A stretch of DNA of 56,115 bases from the NCBI GenBank assembly GCA_002269645.1, contig NIVC01004187.1, positions 1-56,115 of the forward strand. Reading direction: 5' to 3'. Each line of letters opens with the position of its first letter. Within the stretch, counting starts at the first letter, position 1. The stretch comes from Macrostomum lignano. Taxonomy: Eukaryota. The translations under genes and the position numbers were made by a program. Under the pieces are notes generated by a model. The model saw nothing but the letters and a program-made list of their open reading frames with translations. It was not told the DNA's origin and searched no databases. Below are positions 30,320-44,890 of this stretch, in pieces.

Positions 30320-30880
30320 ACTCTCACTCACCTCACTCACTCCCCCACCGACTCCCTCACCCACCTCACTCCCTCACTCACCTCACTCCCTCCCCACCTC
30401 ACTCCCTCACCCACCCCACTCCTTCACCCACCTCACTCCCTCCCCACCTCACTCCCTCACCCACCCCACTCCCTCCCCACCTCACTCCCTCACCCACCCC
30501 ACTCCCTCACCCACCTCACTCCTTCACCCACCTCACTCCCTCACCCACCCCACTCACTCACCCACCTCACTCCCTCACCCACCCCACTCACTCACCCACC
30601 TCACTCCCTCACCCACCTCCCTCCCTTCCCACCTCACTCCGTCACTCACCCCACTCCCTCATCCACCCACCCCATCACCCACCTCACTCCCTCACCCACC
30701 TCACTCACTCACCCACCTCACTCCCTCACCCACCCCATTCACTCACCCACCTCACTCTCCCCACCCCACTCACTCACCCAACCCACTCCCTTCCCACCTC
30801 ACTCCCTCACCCACCTCACTCCCTCACCCACCTTACTACCTTACTACCTTACTCTCTCACCCACCCCACTCCCTCACCCG
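30320..30880. repeat. C-rich degenerate ~17-bp array (CCCACCTCACTCCCTCA)
   Basis: Direct repeats; nearly the reverse complement of the intron 5 unit. Confidence 0.92.
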
Positions 30881-31599
30881 CGTTTTCGCGTTTTATCTGG
30901 AGCCAGTATCTCCACACGAAAGCTGTGCACGGTTTTCGTATTGCATTGTAAACCCTCTTTGAAGCCTCGATTGCATGTTGACAAATGGCATTAAATATGA
31001 CGTCTAATTGCTACATCTGCAGTATTTCATATCGTGTAAATATGATTATGACAATTGCGTCAGATCGCCCTATTTTATATAGAAGTTTTCCATTTCTATT
31101 TCGTATTTTTGAAATGCAAATATTATTAATTACGCTTCGTTCCCTAATTCTACTGTTGTAAGTAGACGGTAAAGTGTATTTTAGAGCGACTATTTCATTT
31201 GGCTTCTTAGCTTCCCGTAGCAGTTGGTGCGCTACTCGCTTTTGCATGACAGCTCGGGTTTCCTATTGGTTGCTAGTAATGTTTCTTAAGTATGTGTCGG
31301 TGATCTGAGTATGTGATAAAATTGCTTATGCTGATCTGATTGCAACTTGCCTCATCACTGATTTCCCTGTTCACTTTTTTGCTCAGACTTTCTGCATGCC
31401 ATTGCCCCCCCCCATTTGACCCATTCAACGTTCGGCATGAATGTCCTGATTCTGTTATCGATGCAACAGTCTCAATATCAGCAGTGCTTGATTAAATAAT
31501 TAAATCCAATCGACTCACGTTTTTTCGCTTTTGACGTTTCCAGTTGAAGCTTAACTGAATTTCACGTTTCTGACTTGCCTTGTGCTGTGCTTTGTGACA

Positions 31600-33040
31600 G
31601 ATCTAGTCAGGGGAGTCTGATCTAGTCAGGGAAGTCTGATCTAGTCAGGGGAGTCTGATCTAGTCAGGGGAGTCTAATCTAGTCAGGGGAGTCTGATCTA
31701 GTCAGGGGAGTCTGATCGAGTCAGGGGAGTCTGATCTAGTCAGGAGAGTATCTAGAGTCTGATCTAGTCAGGGGAGTCTGATCTAGTCAGGGGATCTGAT
31801 CTAGTCAGGGGAGTCTGATCTAGTCAGGGGAGTCTGATCGAGTCAGGGGAGTCCGATCGAGTCAGGGGAGTCCGATCTAGTCAGGGGAGTCTGATCTAGT
31901 CAGGGGAGTCTGATTTAGTCAAACAACACCAGATCTAGTCAGGGGAGTCTGATCTAGTCAAACAACACCAGATCTAGTCAGGAGAGTATCTAGAGTCTGA
32001 TCTAGTCAGGGGAGTCTGATCTAGTCAGGGGATCTGATCTAGTCAGGGGAGTCTGATCTAGTCAGGGGAGTCTGATCGAGTCAGGGGAGTCCGATCGAGT
32101 CAGGGGAGTCCGATCTAGTCAGGGGAGTCTGATCTAGTCAGGTGAGTCTGATCTAGTCAAACAGCACCAGATCTAGTCAGGGGAGTCGTGATCTAGTCAA
32201 ACAACACCAGATCTAGTCAGGGGAGTCTGGTTTAGTCAGGCAACATTAGGTCTAGTCAGGTGAGTCTGATCTAGTCAGACAACACCAAATCTAGTAGGGG
32301 AATCTGATCTAGTCAGACAACATTAGATCCAGTCAGGGGAGTCTGATCTAGTCAGGTGAGTCTGATCTAATCAGGGGAATCTACTTCCCTTCTACTTCTA
32401 GAATCTAGAATCTAGAATCTACTTCTAGAGTCAGACAGGACCAGATCTAGTCAGGCAGGACCAGATCTAGTCAGACAGTACTCTGATCTAGTCAGACAGT
32501 ACTCTGATCTAGTCAGACAGTACTCTGATCTAGTCAGACAGTACTCTGATCTAGTCAGACAGGACTCAGATATAGTCAGGCAGGACCAGATCTAGTCAGA
32601 CAGTACTCTGATCTAGTCAGACAGTACTCTGATCTAGTCAGACAGTACTCTGATCTAGTCAGACAGGACTCAGATATAGTCAGACAGTACTCTGATCTAG
32701 TCAGAAAGTACTCTGATCTAGTCAGACAGTACTCTGATCTAGTCAGACAGGACTCAGATCTAGTCAGGCAGGACCAGATCTAGTCAGACAGGATCAGATC
32801 TAGTCAGGCAGGACCAGATCTAGTCAGACAGGATCAGATCTAGTCAGGCAGGACCAGATCTAGTCAGACAGGATCAGATCTAGTCAGGCAGGACCAGATC
32901 TAGTCAGACAGGATCAGATCTAGTCAGACAGGATCAGATCTAGTCAGACAGGACCAGATCTAGTCAGACAGGATCAGATCTAGTCAGACAGGACCAGATC
33001 TAGTCAGGCAGGAGCAGATCTAGTCAGACAGGACCAGATC
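31600..33040. repeat. Composite 19/20/21-bp satellite with shared core GATCTAGTCAG
   Basis: TCTAGTCAGGGGAGTCTGA units, then TCTGATCTAGTCAGACAGTAC and GATCTAGTCAGACAGGACCA units. Confidence 0.93.
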
Positions 33041-33679
33041 TGCTAATCCGATATGCAAGTAATGCTACACGCTGAGCCCTATTCTTATTCGGACTCAAAG
33101 CCAGTTTGTTATTTTTGTCAGCCGAGTCCGCAAAAATAATGCAATTAGCGGCGTGCTGGGCTGGCCGGTTGCTCTCCGTGGCAGCCTGACAGGCTGTCCC
33201 AGTCTGACATCGAAGATCAATGAAGCCGGGGGGGGGGGCTTCTACTGCCATCTCTTGATAGAAAGGTGAAGGTAAAAAAGAGCTTCAAAGTGAGTATATT
33301 ATTGATGCGCTGAATTTTTGATGCCGCACACTACGGACGAAAGGCAGTCATCGGCTTCAGCCTCAGTAGCCTCATTATCCGTTGCCCTCCCTTCGAGCTG
33401 GCCGAGAGATCTCATCAGCTGGCTTAGATGGAAAAAAAATGAAGCGAAATAATAATAGGACGCGGCATATTCCAGCGGCGGGTGGGCATCTGGATTTCCC
33501 ACTCGCACTCGTCTCGAGACACTTCCTCGGCCGTTGCTAACTAGCCAACACCGCTGGGAAATCAACGTGCTAGTCAGATGCACATGTGTAGGTTACATTT
33601 TATTATTACGAAATTCGCTGTTGCAATGGCCACTCGCAGGATTCAGGTATACTTCAGCCCTGGGAGGATGGCTACCGAG

Positions 33680-34760
33680 ACACCTTGATGGGTACTGTGA
33701 CACCTTGATGGGTTCCAAGACACCCTCATGATTTGATGGAGACTGAAGACACCTTGATGGGTTCCAAGACACCTTCATGGTTTGATGGAGACTGCTGAAG
33801 ACACCTTGATGGGTTCCAAGACACCCTCATGATTTGATGGAGACTGAAGACACCTTGATGGGTTCCAAGACACCCTCATGATTTGATGGAGACTGAAGAC
33901 ACCTTGATGGGTTCCAAGACACCTTCATGGTTTGATGGAGACTGAAGACACCTTGATGGGTTCCAAGACACCTTCATGGTTTGATAGAGACTGAAGACAC
34001 CTTGATGGGTTCCAAGACACCCTCATGATTTGATGGAGACTGAAGACACCTTGATGGGTTCCAAGACACCCTCATGATTTGATGGAGACTGAAGACACCT
34101 TGATGGGTTCCAAGACACCTTCATGGTTTGATGGAGACTGAAGACACCTTGATGGGTTCCAAGACACCTTCATGGTTTGATGGAGACTGAAGACACCTTG
34201 ATGGGTTCCAAGACACCTTCATGGTTTGATGGAGACTGAAGACACCTTGATGGGTACTGTGACACCTTGATGGGTAATGAGACAATTTGATGGGTAATGT
34301 GACACCTTAATGAGTACTGAGACAATTTTTATGGGTACTGTGACACCTGGATGGGTACTGAGACACTTTGATGGGTACTGTGACATCTGGATTGGTACTG
34401 AGACACCTTAATGGGTACTGAGACACCTTGATGGGTACTGAGACACCTTGATGGGTTCTAAGACACCTTCATGGTTTGATGTAGACTGAAGACAACTCGA
34501 TGGGTACTGAGACACTTTGATGGGTACTGTGACACCTTGACTGGTACTGAGACACTTTGATGGGTACTGAGACACTTTGCTGGGTACTGAGACACCTGGA
34601 TGGGTATTGAGACACTTTGCTGGGTACTGAGACACCTGGATGGGTATTGAGACACTTTGATGGGTACTGAGACACCTTAATGGGTACTGTGACACCTAGA
34701 TGGGTATTGAGACACTTTGATGGGTACTCTGGCACCTTGGTGGGGACTGTGACATCTTGA
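33680..34760. repeat. 49-bp repeat grading into related ~20-bp monomers
   Basis: GACACCTTGATGGGTTCCAAGACACCTTCATGGTTTGATGGAGACTGAA, then GAGACAC(C/T)TTGATGGGTACT. Confidence 0.93.
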
Positions 34761-35409
34761 TGTATATCTGCTGAGACAGCTACAAGTACATGAGGCTAGA
34801 CACCGAGACACAGACAATTACTTGACTGTCTAAGCCTAAAAAAACACGCACTAATTCTCGGATCAGTCGGTATCGCGCGTGCTTCTGCAAGTCATTTCTT
34901 CAGACTCGGTCAAGCACACATTCGGAATAACTTGCGCATGAGCAGGTGCAACTCTGCTTTAGTTATATATAAAAATCCATACATACTCGTACGTCTATGA
35001 AGCTTCTAAGTGGCCAATTTTAAAGAAGGCCGAACCGCATTTTCCGCTGAAATGCTTTCCAGGCAAGCGAAGAAGCACTAAAAGAAGAAGCTGCAACAGA
35101 AGGGTTTATATGTGCTCCCCAGTCAGGCAAAATCTTTCACACTGCACTTCACTCCATAGATACAAGCGGAGCTAATCTCCTTTTGATAGAAAGTTGTTCT
35201 GAGACTTAAAACGAGATTAAGCGCCGACTGTTGCTCAATCAGAGCTTCTCAAAGGGCCTGTGCCGCGCCCGCGTCTATTTGAAGGCAGCTCGTGCAGCTT
35301 TCAAAGATGCTTTTTCATGCCCTCTCTCGCCTCGCAGCTGCAGGTGCAGTCTGAAGTTGCTTCATTATTTATGCGCGACATCCTCATGGAGATTCGCTTT
35401 TCGTCTGCT

Positions 35410-35920
35410 CTCTCCTCTCCCACTCTCCTGTCCCAATCTCTTCTTCCACTCTCTCCTCTCCCACTCTCTCCTTTCCCACTCTCCTCTCCCACTTTCCTGT
35501 CCCAATCTCTTCTCCCACTCTCTCCTCTCCTACTCTCTCCCTCTGCCACTCTCTCTTCTCCCACTCTCTCCTCTCCCACTCTCTCCTCTCCCCCTTTCTC
35601 CTCTCCCACTTTCTCCTCTCCCACTTTCTCCTCTCTCACTCTCTCCTCTCCCACTCTCCTCTCCCACTCTCTCCTCTCCCACTCTCCTCTCCCACTCTCT
35701 CCTCTCCCACTCTCTTCTCTCTCACTCTCCTCTCCCACTCTCTCCTCTCCCACTCTCTCCTCTCCCACTCTCTCCTCTCCCACTTTCTCCTCTCCCACTT
35801 TCTCCTCTCCCTTCTCTCCACACTTCTCCTCTCTCGTCTCTTTACACCTCTCCTTTCCCCTGTCCTCTTCTCTCCCCTCTCCTCCCCCCTCTCCTCTCCC
35901 CTTCTCTCCTCTCGCCTCTC
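35410..35920. repeat. CT-rich 15-17-bp repeat
   Basis: CTCTCCTCTCCCACT variants. Confidence 0.9.
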
Positions 35921-36780
35921 TCCTTTCCTACTTTATTTTTAAACCCACTTTCAGTTTCTCTAACAACTTTCGGTATTTCTCCATCACTTGCCAATCTCGC
36001 ACAGAGCTGCAGGATTTTCCCAGCCCCCTGTGCCTCTATCTCCAACCCTGCAGCCTCTCGCTGTCCTCTCTTGACTTTCTGTTGCAATTTTCTTCACTCC
36101 ATAATTTCTCCTTGATCTCCCCGCCCACGGTATCGAGACAGAGAGACAGTTCGGTTTGATCTGACTGACTCAGGATAACCGCACCGCTGCGGGAAGTTCG
36201 GTCTCCTCCTGGCGCTTCTTATCAACACTTCGACCCAAGGATAGGGCACTAACAGTGCTCAAACGCACTGGGACCAGGAAGCACTGAAGAAGCCAGAAAG
36301 AAATTCACAGATAGGGAGAAGTGACCTTCATTTTTCTGCCAGCCAGTAGATAAAATATTTTGGATTTAGAAAAAAGTAAAAGACTAAAATTATGGATAAG
36401 CGGTTTTGGAATCAACTGTTTGAGAAATTCGTGTAACCCGTTTCGTGCCCGCCAGCTGTTTTCACACTGAGTCAATGGGCTTTTGGCCATAGACATCCGC
36501 AGCGGGCGGTCTACCGTGTGTTTCAACCTCGTTCGTCAAGAGTGAAAATCGAGCAAACACAAAATCAGCGAATTAATACCCGAGATCGAAGTTAATGTAG
36601 CTGCGCCGTGGAATCGAACCCCGGACTTTGGCTGACAGTGGAGAAATTTAGATGTAATTTAAAACATTCAATTGACAAAAGTCCTTTACTCTCGGTCAAC
36701 AGATTATTTAAAAATCGATGGCTGCTGAAGGTAGAAAAGGCGGGCAGAAAAGTCGATTTGAGGTCCCGCATCGACTGCAC

Positions 36781-36815
<35 letters not shown>

Positions 36816-36816
36816 G

Positions 36817-36855
<39 letters not shown>

Positions 36856-36856
36856 G

Positions 36857-36907
<51 letters not shown>

Positions 36908-36920
36908 GTGTCTGTCTGTG

Positions 36921-36999
<79 letters not shown>

Positions 37000-37000
37000 G

Positions 37001-37083
<83 letters not shown>

Positions 37084-37104
37084 ATGTCTGTCTGTCTGTC
37101 TGTA

Positions 37105-37147
<43 letters not shown>

Positions 37148-37186
37148 ATGTCTGTCTGTCTGTCTGTCTGTCTGACTGTCTGTCTT
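36781..37186. repeat. (GTCT)n microsatellite
   Basis: Tetranucleotide array with GTGT/GTAT variants. Confidence 0.97.
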
Positions 37187-37679
37187 AGTGTCTGCCAGGG
37201 ACTCAGTATTCGGGCACCCAAACAGCGCACCTTTCGCCACCTTCCATCGTGAGCTTTCACTTGGATAGCTTCTGCCTCTTTCACTATTTGTTTTGAGCTT
37301 CAATTTTCACTTTTCCGGCCCTCGTGCTGGCTTCTCTCTCCGGGAATTTTGTATAGCTGCGTGATTTTTCCCGTTTTCCCACCAGCTTTTTCGCTCGTTA
37401 TTGCTTCCGGTCGGGCCGGGGCGCTCTTGACTCCCGTGCTCAAATCTCCGATTTCAACCTCAATCCCAGTGCAGCCGCTGAGAATTAATGATTCCCTCTT
37501 TCCCTTGAGTAGCTCGTCTCCACTAAGTCTGTCCATCTTTTATCCTGCCTTCCATTTCTAGCACAAAAACCTACCCGAAAAAGTTTCTAACTGAAGATGA
37601 AGGTTGAAGAGGCGACTGCCACTTTCGGGCGGTCCTTTCCCAATTGCATTTGGCTGCTCTGCTTTTTGCTGGAATCTTC

Positions 37680-38030
37680 TCCTTTCCCTCTCTCTCCTTT
37701 CCCTCTCTCTCCTTTCCCTCTCTCTCCTTTCCCTCTCTCTCCTTTCTCTCTCTCCTTTTCCTCTCTCTCCTTCCCTCTCTCTCCTTTCCCTCTCTCTCCT
37801 TTCCCTCTCTCTCCTTTCCCTCTCTCTCCTTTCTCTCTCTCCTTTTCCTCTCTCTCCTTTCCCTCTCTCTCCTTTCTCTCTCTCCTTTTCCTCTCTCTCC
37901 TTCCCTCTCTCTCCTTTCCCTCTCTCTCCTTTCCCTCTCTCTCCTTTCCCTCTCTCTCCTTCCCCCTCTCTCCTTCCCCCCCTCTCTCCTTTCCCTCTCT
38001 CTCCTTTCCCTCCCTCTCCATTCGCCCTCT
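37680..38030. repeat. 15-bp pyrimidine repeat
   Basis: CTTTCCCTCTCTCTC. Confidence 0.92.
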
Positions 38031-38734
38031 CTCTCCCAGAAGCAGCAAGAGCATCTGTTTTGCAGACGCCTCATTGAAATCTGCTGCTTCCAGCGATTCA
38101 TTCAAACGCCCATCCTACTTTATTTAGCAACAATTCTGTTCATCAGTTTTGCCAGCCACTTCGCCGCCTTTCTATTCAATTAGCCCCCCCCCCCCAACAG
38201 AATGCAACCAGTGGCCCCGCCTGTATCGCCCTGTGTTTACCTGTGTTTATTCGACATAGCGACCGCCCCCATCCCCACCGACGGAGGGGCGGGCGCTGGT
38301 CTGCAGCGTCGCACGACCGAAAGGATGGAGGGGGATTATGGGGGGGGAGAGACAGGGAAGCAGACACAGTTTAGCTGCGCTCCCTTCAGTGTATTTGTGT
38401 TCACTGAAGAAAAGTTTTCATTAAATTAAGCATTTTCAAGGCCAGTCATGTTAGGACAGGGTGGTTAAAATTCGACTAATTTTTGTCGGAACCACTTTGG
38501 CTAAGTGCTTTTTAAATCACTTTTAACCACTCATCCATCGAAGTCTCTCTGTGGATTTGTACGCATGCCGGGGAAACATTAATTAATCCGAATCAGAGTT
38601 TTACGGTCCGTTTTTTCATCAATTCTGCAATAGGTTTGCTGTAAAAGTAACCAAAAAACAAACCAATGCAAAACATTGTTTCACGGTTGCTCACTAATGT
38701 ACGCATTTCATCATGGGACTGCTTTTCACCCTTT

Positions 38735-38985
38735 TATCTTCCCTCCCTTTCCTCCCCTCCCTTCTCTTCCCTCTCTTCCCTCCCATTCCTCCCTTCTCTT
38801 CCCTCTCTCCCCCCATTCCTCCCTTCTCTTCCCTCTCTCCCCCCATTCCTCCCTTCTCTTCCCTCTCTTCCCTCCCATTCCTCCCTTCTCTTCCCTCTCT
38901 CCCCCATTCCTCCCTTCTCTTCCCTCTCTTCCCTCCCATTCCTCCCTTCTCTTCCCTCTCTTCCCCCCCATTCTTCCCTCCCATC
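38735..38985. repeat. CT-rich tandem repeat
   Basis: CCCATTCCTCCCTTCTCTTCCCTCTC units. Confidence 0.88.
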
Positions 38986-39467
38986 TCTCTAGCTTCCTCT
39001 ACTTGTCTCCTTCCGTTCCGCTCCACTCTTCCAACCCTCCCCTTCTCCTCCTCTCTCTGTTCTCTCCAATTGCTACACATCTCTCCACTTCCCTATCCTA
39101 CTCTGCCTATTCCCTCTTTTCTCTGCATTCCAGCAGGGTTCCAAAAAAACGTTCGAATCCGGCTTTGTCATTTTCTACGGCGCGACTCGAACTGGGGTCA
39201 CAAAGCCCCGCGGCCCCATCAATAACGCTGTCCTCTCCGCGCATGCGGTTCGCTTCCCGCATTTTTGTGCATTTTGCATTCGCCTGGCGGCGCAGATGTA
39301 GGAAAACGCTTTGGGGCTGGCGGGGAATATTTATGATCAACACCGCGGCATGACTGCAGGAAAGAAGCCCGCCCGGTGCTTTTAAAGTTTGCACGGTAAA
39401 GTTTCTTGTATGCGACTGTCCATGGCGGGCAGGGACAGACGGTTGGAAGGTTCGAATTCCTGTTGCC

Positions 39468-40757
<1,290 letters not shown>

Positions 40758-41394
40758 AAATGAGCAGCAAGGTCTCCATTCCAGATGACGCAGTCTAGAA
40801 GTCCATGGGGCTCGGTGGTGGTGATGAACGGCAGAGCAGTTCATGCGCGTCAAAACAGAAGCACGCGGGTCTCCGCAGTGTCTCCGATTCATAAAGTTGC
40901 TTATCATTTAAACCGCTGCCGGCCAGCTTATCCGGACAAGGGGATGCGGTCGGACTTGAATAAATTTATTTATGCAGCAATGCAGTCTGAGACAGGCATT
41001 GGCTGCTGAGGAATCAATGATGAGTGAGCCTCATTCTTCACATAAGTTCTTCCCATCTTCCCCCGGGGGATGTGCCGAGGTCTCAGCCGAGGAGGGAATC
41101 AAGATTGGACCTCTCTTCCCTCAGATACTCTTGAGTCGATAGGAGCTTCTTTGTATTTTCTTTTTTTAGCAGAAATCCAAGGGAAGACGTCAGGAAATTG
41201 GGCTTCCGTCACGGCACTGTCTGTTGCTATGACTGTTTGATTTGAATAATTTATGTATTAACTGCCTATCCCTGCTATTACTGTCTAGCTGAGGCCTCAT
41301 TACCGTACTCTCTAATTGCTTTAATGACAGGCGCAGGTGAATTCAGATCTAAGCGCAGTGGCTGAAAATCTCGCGCCGGGTCTGTATAATGTGC

Positions 41395-41520
41395 GGAGGG
41401 GGTTACAGGGTACATGTACAGGAGGGAGTTACAGGTTACAGGAAGGGGTCACAGGTTACAGGAGGGGGTCACAGGTTACATGAGGGGGTCACAGGTTACA
41501 GGAGGGGTTTCACAGGTTAG
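41395..41520. repeat. Short ~20-bp tandem repeat
   Basis: GGAGGGGGT(C/T)ACAGGTTACA variants. Confidence 0.8.
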
Positions 41521-43627
41521 TGAAACCTGTGAGTAGTACAAGTTTGTGGTTTATTTGCCTTTGTTTTTGGAATCAAGAGTAAAAAATTACCTCAAGAGGT
41601 GCACCGCACCGCACAGCAGCTTTGAGATTGTCAGCCACCTCCAATTGCTCCAACTGATGTTGACTTTCAGGCCACAGCTGGAATTGCTGCATTCGTCATC
41701 TGCCGTGTCAACTAAACTATGCGCAGTCTCCTTCGCCACCTCAGACTACAAGTTTCAATTATCTCTGAGCACGAAAGCATGGGCTGCGGTCTGAAAGCCG
41801 ATAGTCCAACATGATTTCTGCATTAGAGTCGCCTTGGCGCTCGGGATTCCTGCTTGCTGGGACGGTGACTAAATGGGAGAACTGTTTAATTCATTCATTT
41901 TCACAGATTTGCTGCTTTATCTGCCGTTTCGCTGTCTCCGATGCGGTGGATTTCCTGCCACTGTCTCTTTCTTTATATTTCTTCTAATCGTCCCTCCTCA
42001 TCCCCCTTATGTCTCCTCATCTCTCCCATCTCTTTCCAACTCTCCCATCTCTTTCCAACTCTCCCATCTCTTTCCATCTCTCCCATCTCTCCCCCCAATC
42101 TCTCCCCAATCTCTCCCCATCTCTCTCCATCTCTCCCCATCTCTTCTCATCTCTCCTCATCTCTCTCTATATTTCTCCCCTATCTCCCCTATCCCCCCTC
42201 TCTTGCATCTGTTCCATTCACTCCTTATTCTTTTTTCACTCCTCCCTCTGCGTCTGTGATCCCATTCTCCTATTCAATAAAGATCCCTGAATGACATCCC
42301 TGATGCAGATGCCCCGAACAGGGCGCATCTCCCATGGCCAGCCCAGCTCCGAAGGATTAAGCGGTCTCGATCGAATCCCCTTTGTTCCCAGAAGCCGCAC
42401 AGGTTTCATCTTGCTGACAAGCAGCATGCTTGCTTTGTACTTTTTTACAATGAAGTTCCTCTGTCCTTCGCCTTTGTTTGGCTACACATAGCGCCCATAG
42501 CTGGTGACTTGGCAATCATCCTGATGCACTGGACTTCAACTCTGCTGGCATCTCCAAAGCTCTCCACTTGACCTGGAGAGAATGCAGGTAGGAGGATCAG
42601 CCCGCTGAGCTGAGCTACACAGAAGAACTCTGAGCCCACTTCTCTTCAGCAAGTTTTTAGATCGGGGGGGGGGGGGCAAAGGACTGACGCCGCCGCTGCA
42701 GAAAAATTCGCCTTTGAGACGGTGGCCGCCTCCCAGAAATCAATGAATCGGTGGACTGGAAGCCGATTAGGAGTCCTTGGCCCTCGTTGACTCTCTGCGA
42801 TGGCAATGCTGGATTGTGCGGGTAACTGTCGGGCTGACACTTCAGTTTTTTTCTTCTGTGCCGGGAAAATTACATTTTCTGAAGTCGTCTTTCTTTTCTC
42901 TTTGTCTTGAATGGAGTTGGCTTGTAAAGTGCACAGAACAGAGCATGAAATGCAGAGAGGGAGAGTGAAGGAGGGTAGAGGGTGGAGGGAGAATGAGATT
43001 AAAAAGCGAGAAGATAAAGATGAACTGGGCTGTCACTGTCCAAAGGGGTTCCTGAACCTGTGCGCCAGGGAGGGAGAGAAGAGAGGGAGAGGGAGATTGA
43101 GAGGACAAGAAAAGAGAGGGGAGAAGGATAGGGAAAAGAAAGGGAGGGGAAGGAAGAGAGGAGGAGGGAGAAGGAAAGGGAGAGAGAGAGAGGGGTGAGT
43201 GTGAGGGATAGAGTGAGGAAGAGGGGTCAGGGAGAGGGAGAGGGAGAGGGAGTGGAGGGGAGAGAGTGAGAGTGGAGGGGGAGTGAGAGTGGAGGGGGAG
43301 GGAGTGAGAGTGGAGGGGGAGGGAGTGAGAGTGGAGGGGGAGGGGTGGGAGAGTGAGAGGGAGAGGGTGAGGGAGAGGGTGCGGGAGAGGGAGAGCGACA
43401 CATTCAATGGTTTAAAATGAAAGAATTACTTTATTATCTGTAGAACTGTATGGTGATAGCAGGTGACGTGTCCATTGGCCCGGCCGGAATCCTACCTTGG
43501 CCAATGGCCGAGTCCTCCAGAGGAGCAGAAGCAGAATAAAGCTCGGAAGAGTTTCTTTGCAGTAGCGCTCTCTACCAATCTCCATTTCCTTTTAGTAGCA
43601 ACTCCTGCCAGCAGACAGAATCAGGAA

Positions 43628-44890
43628 ATGTTTCATCTGCATTCGCTCTCGGAGAACTGCAGCAACGTCAGCTTGGCCGGGCCGCTCAGCCTCGGCCTCA
43701 TCAAAGGCTCCTTCGTGCTGCTCGGCTGCGTCAACCTCGTGCTGAACTGCCTGTGCTTTTTTGTCTTCCTCTGCCACAAGCAGAGAGACTCCACCGTGCG
43801 ATTGCTGCTGCTCATCCTGTCCTTCAATGAGATGCTGACGTCATTCGGCATGACCAGCGTGGAGACGGTGCGCATCCTGCTGGAGGTGGTCGGCTCCCGG
43901 ATCCACTATCCGTCCGCTCAGGTGCCCCGCGGCATCGTGAACTTCCTGACGATCACCTGGGTGATGGCGAACGCCTTCATCATCGCCCGCAACTGGTCGG
44001 TGGTGCTGATCGCCGTGAGCCGCTGCGAGGCCGTCCTGCGCCCCTTCTCCCGCAACACCGGCCGCTTCTTCGGCCATCGAACTCTGGTGGCCACCTCGGC
44101 GGTCATCGTGCTGTTGGGCCTGGCTTCCGCCGTGCCGAAGGCCTTCCAGGAGGGCTTCAACTTCTGCGAGGACACGGGGCGGATTTTTGCCAAAAACGAC
44201 TTGAAGCCATTCGAGTATTACTCGGAGTTCTATGTGGTCACCATGTTCCTGCAGGCTGTGCTGCCCGTGGCCATCGTAGCTGTGGCCTCCGTTGCCATGA
44301 CAATCGGCTTGCGGCGCAGTCGGGGTCGGAACGATCAACTCAACGAGCGCGGCGGCGGTGGCGGCACCAGCGGCGTCGGATTTAGCGGCGCCAGCGCGCA
44401 GCACAGCAAGGCGACCCGCACCATCCAGATTCTGCTCATCGCTTTCGTCTGCATGGAGACGCCCATGTTTCTGTTCGTGCTCATCGGCACCCGGGTAGAG
44501 GAGGGCAACCCGTTCTGGGACGCGGCCGTCACCTACGCCATTGGCATCGCCAACCTCTGCGTTAATCTGGACTCCACCTGCAACTTTATCATCTACATGA
44601 CCACCAACTCGATGTTCCGATCGGCCGTTCTGCAGCGCCGCTGCTGCCGACGCCGCGACCAATCTCAGGACCCCGACAGGCTGCTAAGCGGCTGGGCAAC
44701 GACTCGACGAAACTGGAGGCCAGCTGAGAGCAGCCGACGGCGGAGCGACTGCGTCGGCATGGGCCGAAACGGAGCTGCTGAGCCGGCATTGAAGGCGACT
44801 CCCCAGCCGAGGCTAGCGACGATGCCGGAGGAGCCCTCGGAGCCTCCGGCCGAGCTGTTGCTTTCTGATGATCACGTGACCCGTGTCTAA
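43628..44890 (+). CDS. Intronless class A peptide-type GPCR (FMRFamide/myosuppressin/Srw-like), ~420 aa
   Basis: Seven hydrophobic segments; TM3 AVSRCEAVLRP, TM5 QAVLP, TM6 KATRT...CMETP, TM7 NLDSTCNFIIY. ATG at 43628 chosen because MF.L...NCS.V aligns with the paralogue start. Confidence 0.9.
   Translation: MFHLHSLSENCSNVSLAGPLSLGLIKGSFVLLGCVNLVLNCLCFFVFLCHKQRDSTVRLLLLILSFNEMLTSFGMTSVETVRILLEVVGSRIHYPSAQVPRGIVNFLTITWVMANAFIIARNWSVVLIAVSRCEAVLRPFSRNTGRFFGHRTLVATSAVIVLLGLASAVPKAFQEGFNFCEDTGRIFAKNDLKPFEYYSEFYVVTMFLQAVLPVAIVAVASVAMTIGLRRSRGRNDQLNERGGGGGTSGVGFSGASAQHSKATRTIQILLIAFVCMETPMFLFVLIGTRVEEGNPFWDAAVTYAIGIANLCVNLDSTCNFIIYMTTNSMFRSAVLQRRCCRRRDQSQDPDRLLSGWATTRRNWRPAESSRRRSDCVGMGRNGAAEPALKATPQPRLATMPEEPSEPPAELLLSDDHVTRV

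Noticed and set aside
36595-36660. Perfect B-box GGTTCGATTCC on minus (36620..36610) suggesting a tRNA gene
   Set aside because: No A-box or complete cloverleaf could be built; at most a SINE/tRNA relic.
43463-43627. 55-aa N-terminal extension of the first GPCR
   Set aside because: Starts at GTG and has no counterpart in the paralogue; the ATG at 43628 aligns with the paralogue start.
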